Shown here: piece after piece, positions 58,967 to 64,000 of the stretch
How the letters are laid out: every line of letters begins with the position of its first letter
How positions within the stretch are numbered: position 1 is the stretch's first letter
Source of the DNA: an uncultured Hormoscilla sp.
GTDB taxonomy: Bacteria > Cyanobacteriota > Cyanobacteriia > Cyanobacteriales > Desertifilaceae
Direction: 5' to 3'
Assembly: GCA_963921275.4 (NCBI GenBank)
Contig: OZ001293.3
Span: 6,592,001 to 6,656,000, forward strand
DNA: 64,000 bases
The notes under the pieces: model-generated
What the model was told of the DNA's origin: nothing
The model's input: only the letters and a program-made list of their open reading frames with translations
Database searches by the model: none
Made by a program: the position numbers and the translations under genes

Positions 58967-59309
58967 TGTCTTTTATTCGTTGGACGAGCGGCAAGAGTGC
59001 AATCTCCACAAGTGTGAGCTAAGTCGAACCGCACACTGGGCCTCTGATTGCTAGCTGCTGCGCAGCAGCTGCCCTAACGAGGGTCTGATAGAAAAGCATA
59101 CCACAGTTACTGCGGAAGGTTTCCCCCCTCGCTCCGGACATCAACAACTCCAAGAAGCGCAAGTAGATCCAATTCAGAAGGATATCAACTAACGCATGAC
59201 CACACCCTTATCACTTTGATTGTAACATCAGCATTCAGTTTATGTGTTCCAAACCCAAGCGCTTTAGCGCTTACTACAAACCCAAGCGCTTACTACAAAC
59301 TGAACAGGT

Positions 59310-61064
59310 CTACACCGAGGATATCGAACCGGAATAGACAAAACCCCGTTGCATATCCAAAGTCACGATCGCCCCATCTCGAATGATATCCGTGGCTTGG
59401 GGAACCCCCACCATCACTGGCACTCCCAACCGCATGCCGATCACGGCGGCGTGAGAAGTGAGACTGTCATCCTCAGTGACTATTCCAGAGGCTTTGCGGA
59501 TCGCATCAATAAAATCAGCACTGGTATATTTGGCCACCAAAATTTCTCCGGGGTGGAAATGGGTCACATCCATGCCGTTGTGAGCTACCCGGGCCCTACC
59601 GCTGACTAAACCCTGACCCATGCCAGTCCCCTGAGCGAGAACTGCTGTCACTACTTCAACTTTAATCAAATTGGTCGATCCGGGGACGCCTTGGAGCGCC
59701 CCTGCTGTCATTACCACCAAATCTCCTTCCTGGAGCAAATGCTTCTCCTGAGCCACATTTATAGCTGCTTTGAAGGTTTGACTTGTAGAGGGCAAATCGT
59801 AAACCAGTAGGGGTTTGACGCCCCAGACTACCTGCAAGCGTCGTGCCACTTCTACATGGGGTGTCACGGCCAGAATTGGCGTCTGGGGTCGGAACTTGGA
59901 GACATTTCTGGCCGTACCACCAGTCTTGGTCAAGGTGATAATCGCAGAGGCCTCCAGCTGCGCGGCAATCTGGCTCACCCCTTGAGAGATGGCGTTGGGA
60001 ATAGACCGCTTGGTATCTGCTTGAGCGTGGCAAGTATTGCTTTCTCGTTCAATTCTGAGCGCAATGCGTGCCATGGTCGCCACGGCTTCTACTGGGTACT
60101 TGCCGATGGCTGTTTCATTGGAGAGCATGACGGCGTCTGTGCCATCCAGAATCGCATTGGCCACATCAGAAACTTCCGCTCTGGTGGGTCGAGGGGAGTT
60201 TACCATACTGTCTAGCATCTGGGTTGCGGTAATCACGGGGATTCCCAGTTGATTGGCGGTGACAATCAGTCGCTTTTGCAGAATGGGAACGTCCTCAGCT
60301 GGCAGTTCCACTCCTAAGTCTCCTCTCGCTACCATCACCCCATCAGATAAGCTCAGAATGGCCTCTATCTGCTCGATCGCTTCGTGCTTTTCTATCTTGA
60401 CAATTACTGGCACTTGCTTGCCAGCATTGGCGATGATTTCTTTGATTTCCAGCACGTCTTGGGGGTTGCGGACAAAGGAGAGCGCTACCCAATCTACCCC
60501 TTGATCTAAGCCAAACAACAAGTCTTTGCGGTCTTTTTCAGTTAGAGCTTTGATTGACAGGTAGACGCCGGGGAAGTTGACCCCTTTGTTATTGGAAAGC
60601 TTGCCGCCGACTACCACCTGGCAATGCAGTTGGCGAGCCTGACGGTCTACTTTCTCTACGAGCATTTCTAGTTTACCATCATCTAGGAGAATGGTGGCTC
60701 CGGCGGGGACTTCATCTGCTAGGGGTTCGTAGGTGACTGAACTTATCTCTTGGGTGCCAGGGACGCGATCGCTGGTCAGAATGAACCGATCGCCCCTCGA
60801 TAGGGCGATCGAGCCCGACTCGAACCGTCCCAAGCGAATTTTCGGACCTTGCAGGTCTTGTAAAATGCCCACAGGCTGATTTAGCTCAAAGGACAGTTGC
60901 CGAATTAAGCGAATGCTGCGTTGATGGTCTTCATGGGTGCCGTGGGAGAAATTTAACCGCAGGGTTGTGGCACCGGCTTCAATCAGGTTCCGCAATACCT
61001 CTGGAGAACTGGTTGCAGGACCAATGGTGGCGACAATTTTTGTCCGACGCTGGGAATGTTCCAT
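59310..61064 (-). CDS. pyk: pyruvate kinase with C-terminal PEP-utilising domain
   Basis: RRTKIVATIGP, RLNFSHG, MVARGDLGVE, TSHAAV. Confidence 0.97.
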   Translation of the reverse strand: MEHSQRRTKIVATIGPATSSPEVLRNLIEAGATTLRLNFSHGTHEDHQRSIRLIRQLSFELNQPVGILQDLQGPKIRLGRFESGSIALSRGDRFILTSDRVPGTQEISSVTYEPLADEVPAGATILLDDGKLEMLVEKVDRQARQLHCQVVVGGKLSNNKGVNFPGVYLSIKALTEKDRKDLLFGLDQGVDWVALSFVRNPQDVLEIKEIIANAGKQVPVIVKIEKHEAIEQIEAILSLSDGVMVARGDLGVELPAEDVPILQKRLIVTANQLGIPVITATQMLDSMVNSPRPTRAEVSDVANAILDGTDAVMLSNETAIGKYPVEAVATMARIALRIERESNTCHAQADTKRSIPNAISQGVSQIAAQLEASAIITLTKTGGTARNVSKFRPQTPILAVTPHVEVARRLQVVWGVKPLLVYDLPSTSQTFKAAINVAQEKHLLQEGDLVVMTAGALQGVPGSTNLIKVEVVTAVLAQGTGMGQGLVSGRARVAHNGMDVTHFHPGEILVAKYTSADFIDAIRKASGIVTEDDSLTSHAAVIGMRLGVPVMVGVPQATDIIRDGAIVTLDMQRGFVYSGSISSV

Positions 61065-61341
61065 GGGTAGGGCCTCTCGGGAGTAAAAAGATACAGGCAA
61101 GAGACGATCATATCTTATACCTGGCCTGAGAGCGTCTTTTTCCTGGATGCCGCCGGTTGCACCCAGCCACATTTTCTAGTGAAAGATAAAGAATATGTTA
61201 AAAAAGCACTGGTTGTAAATCTATTTGTGGTATAATTACAAATCAGATCGCCTTTCCGAGGGCGATCTCAGGGTTCGATGTCGCCTTTGAGTATAACCGG
61301 AGTGAAGACGCGGCCAATTAAGCTAGGGAAAGTGAAGTAGG

Positions 61342-62010
61342 TTGACAAGTATGATAGAATTGGATATGAAAGATGAACCACAGGGAGTTTGTTATACAAC
61401 GGCTTTGGAAAAAGTGAGCCAGAGAATTAAGCCTGGAGATGCGATCGCTTTCTCTGGTAAAGGCGTTAATGGCATGGTGATTAGATGGTTCACGGCTAGC
61501 CTGTACAGCCAGATCGCCATTGTTATGGATACCGATCGGCATTGTACTACCCAAGGTACCATCGCGCTCGCAGAAGTCTCAAGTTACACGGGTTTACTCG
61601 ATTTCAGAAATGAAAAATGCAACTCGGGAGTACAAATTCACTATCTGTGGAATTGGATAAACGCTTATCGAGATTGCGGACAAGCCTGGTGGATCCCCTT
61701 AGCACAACCATTAAGCGAGTCAGGGGTAAAGAAAATGCAAGATTGGCTGTGGGAAATTCACGATCGACAAGTGTCTTTTGGCTTATGGAAGTCTATTTGA
61801 GCCGGGCTGAAAATTAATCGATATTTGGTCAGTACGGATAGCCAATATGCCGCACGCTACGCGAAAAATCGACTTTTTTGTTCGGAACTGGTGACAAAGG
61901 CCCTGCAAATTACCGAAGCGATCGATCCTGCGGTTCGGTCTTACCAACAAACACCGCACGAAATCATCAGCTTTCCCTGTTTTCAATCTCCAATTCTCAT
62001 TGAAATTTAA
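61342..62010 (+). pseudogene. permuted papain-like NlpC/P60 (YiiX/YebB-like) protein, in-frame stop at 61798
   Basis: IKPGDAIAF..IRWFTASLYSQIAI..FCSELV; reads through one TGA in frame. Confidence 0.65.
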
Positions 62011-62023
62011 TGTCATTATAATT

Positions 62024-63226
62024 ATGTATCGACGCTTTACGAACCTTAAGGATATCTGGCGCGATCTAGCTTTTTCATGGTTACATCAAAACAATCTGGT
62101 TTACGTCACTTGCTGGGAGGATCCGAGACTGGATAGAGTAGCATTGAACCTCCAAGTAGAGGATACCATGCTTGTGATTACTTCAGCCGGTTGTAATGTA
62201 CTAGAATACGCTCTCGATCAACCGAAAAAAATTTACGCAGTTGATATTAATCCCAAGCAGAATGCGTTGCTAGAACTCAAGATTGCGGCCATTAGAGAAC
62301 TGGAATTTGAGTCTTTCTTCCAGATGTTCGGTTGTGGTAAGTTAGCAGGGTTTGGTGAAATATATTCCCAAAAACTGCGATCGCACCTCTCTTTATCTTC
62401 GAGAGACTATTGGGACAAATATGGCACAAGATTTTTTGCCGGAAACCGCTCCTTTTACTTTCGGGGGACAACCGGTAATTTAGCCCGTGGGATGTCATAC
62501 TATATCGATCGCATTCTGAAAATTCGACCGAGTTTCGATGCCATTTTAAGGGCCGAGACGATTGAGGAACAAAAGGAAATTTACGATCGCGACCTAGCCC
62601 CAGTATTTTGGAAAGACTATATCTCCAGTTTAATGAACAGCGATATAGGACTTTGGATGTTGGGTGTTCTCATACAGCAACGACGGCAAATGGAGCGCTA
62701 TTTAGAAGGAGATGTCGTCGAGTTTGTACAACAATGCTGCGAAAAAGTTTGTACTCAAATTCCTCTTAAGGATAATTATTTTTGGCGATTAATTATTAAT
62801 GGATAATCTTCTTTAAATTGCTGTCACAAATACCTAGAAGAAGAGAATTTTAATGCTCTCAAGTCTGGTTTAGTAGATCGCATTTCGATCCATACTAATA
62901 GCGTTACAGGCTTTCTGAAAAACTGTCAAGAGCGCATTTCTCGCTTCGTGCTTCTAGACCACATGGATTGGTTGCACGATCGCTACGAGGAATTACAACA
63001 AGAATGGCAAGCAATCCTGAATCAATCTCAGAACAAAACTCGCATTCTGTTTCGCAGTGGTGCATTTAAGGTAGAATACATAGATCCAATTGAAGTTATC
63101 TACCAAGGTGCATCTCGAAGGGTGGGAGAATTGTTGACGTACCAAACCGAACTTGCTCGAGAATTGCACTCAAAAGATCGAGTTCAAACCTATGGTAGTT
63201 TTTACATTGCAGATCTAGAAGTTTAG
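62024..63226 (+). pseudogene. btaA: BtaA (DUF3419) betaine-lipid synthase, in-frame stop at 62804
   Basis: LVY..CWEDPRLD, ITSAGCN, VDINPKQ..LLELK, DNYFW, LLDHMDW, DRV.TYGSF. Confidence 0.82.
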
Positions 63227-63323
63227 TCTGTAGGACGGGCAGGACGTCTGTCAGTTGCGTACCAGGTCCACCAGTTATCGGCCTGGTGCGCGGTCATTGG
63301 TCATTTATTGGAGAGATGAAAAG

Positions 63324-64000
63324 ATGGCGAGTTTAACAGATATTGCTCGTGATTTGAAAGTCCTTTATCATCTGGTTAAACCGACGGAAGGCGATACCCA
63401 TCAGGAAAGATTGGAAAACTTTTATCGGGGTCAAGCAACGGGTTACGATCGCTTTCGTCAGCGTTTGCTTTCTGGACGAGAACAACTCTATCGATCGCTA
63501 ACTGAATACGATGGCAAACAGTGGGTAGATCTGGGCGGCGGTACGGGGGTAAATTTTGAAGCTATAGGCGATCGCCTATCCCAGTTTGGTAAAATATATA
63601 TCGTGGATTTATGTCCTTCCTTGTTAGAAGTGGCCCGAGAGCGAAAGGCAGATCGGGGTTGGACAAACGTAGAAGTCATAGAAGCAGATGTGACTCAATT
63701 CTTACCTCCAGAAGGGGCTGCTGATATCGTCACTTTTTCTTATTCCTTAACGATGATTCCTGACTGGTTTGCTGCCATAGAACAAGCTTACAAAATTATT
63801 AAGCCCGGAGGAATTGTTGGGGTTGTAGATTTTTACGTTTCTCGCAAGCATCCTCCCGATGGATGGCAAAAAAATTCTTTCTTTGATCGCACATTTTGGC
63901 CAATTTTGTTTGCAAGTGACAATGTTTTTCTCTCTCCCGATCGCGTTCATTTTCTACATCACTACTTTCAACCTATCTCTTTTACGGAAAATATGGCCAG
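63324..64000 (+). CDS. btaB: BtaB-like SAM methyltransferase (runs off window)
   Basis: RLENFYRGQA.GYD.FR.RLL.GRE, WVDLGGGTG, VDLCPSLL, FSYSLTMIPDW; adjacent to btaA. Confidence 0.8.
   Translation, partial: MASLTDIARDLKVLYHLVKPTEGDTHQERLENFYRGQATGYDRFRQRLLSGREQLYRSLTEYDGKQWVDLGGGTGVNFEAIGDRLSQFGKIYIVDLCPSLLEVARERKADRGWTNVEVIEADVTQFLPPEGAADIVTFSYSLTMIPDWFAAIEQAYKIIKPGGIVGVVDFYVSRKHPPDGWQKNSFFDRTFWPILFASDNVFLSPDRVHFLHHYFQPISFTENMA

Noticed and set aside
61065..61172. 36-aa N-terminal extension of pyruvate kinase
   Set aside because: Homology begins at MEHSQRRTKIV; the upstream start is unsupported

Overview
Cyanobacterial DNA: the HIP1 octamer GCGATCGC is frequent, and btpA, a VKOR-thioredoxin fusion and SphR-type Pho boxes are present. 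The genome looks heavily decayed, with many IS remnants, MITEs, frameshifts and nonsense codons, consistent with a host-associated filamentous cyanobacterium (inference); some frameshifts could be assembly errors. The dominant feature is a group II intron expansion: 13 introns (4 RT-encoding, 9 ORF-less, two RNA lineages) spanning about 17.5 kb. They include two multi-level nests, and many sit antisense to the sequence they interrupt. Each intron has a different EBS1 hexamer, and in 12 of 13 it is complementary to that intron's own 5' flank. Also present: pstC/pstS plus a second pstS split by two introns, glgP, trpS, metF, coaX, pyk, tsaC, queD, wrecked type III-D CRISPR genes (cas10, cas7, cas6; no array), a decayed MFS/PKS ACP-TE locus, several families of tiny mobile palindromic repeats, and a btaA/btaB betaine-lipid locus. 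A six-gene operon of unknown product (divergent SHMT, two methyltransferases, class III aminotransferase, beta-hydroxyacid dehydrogenase, BBOX/TMLD-like dioxygenase) may make a betaine- or carnitine-like compound.
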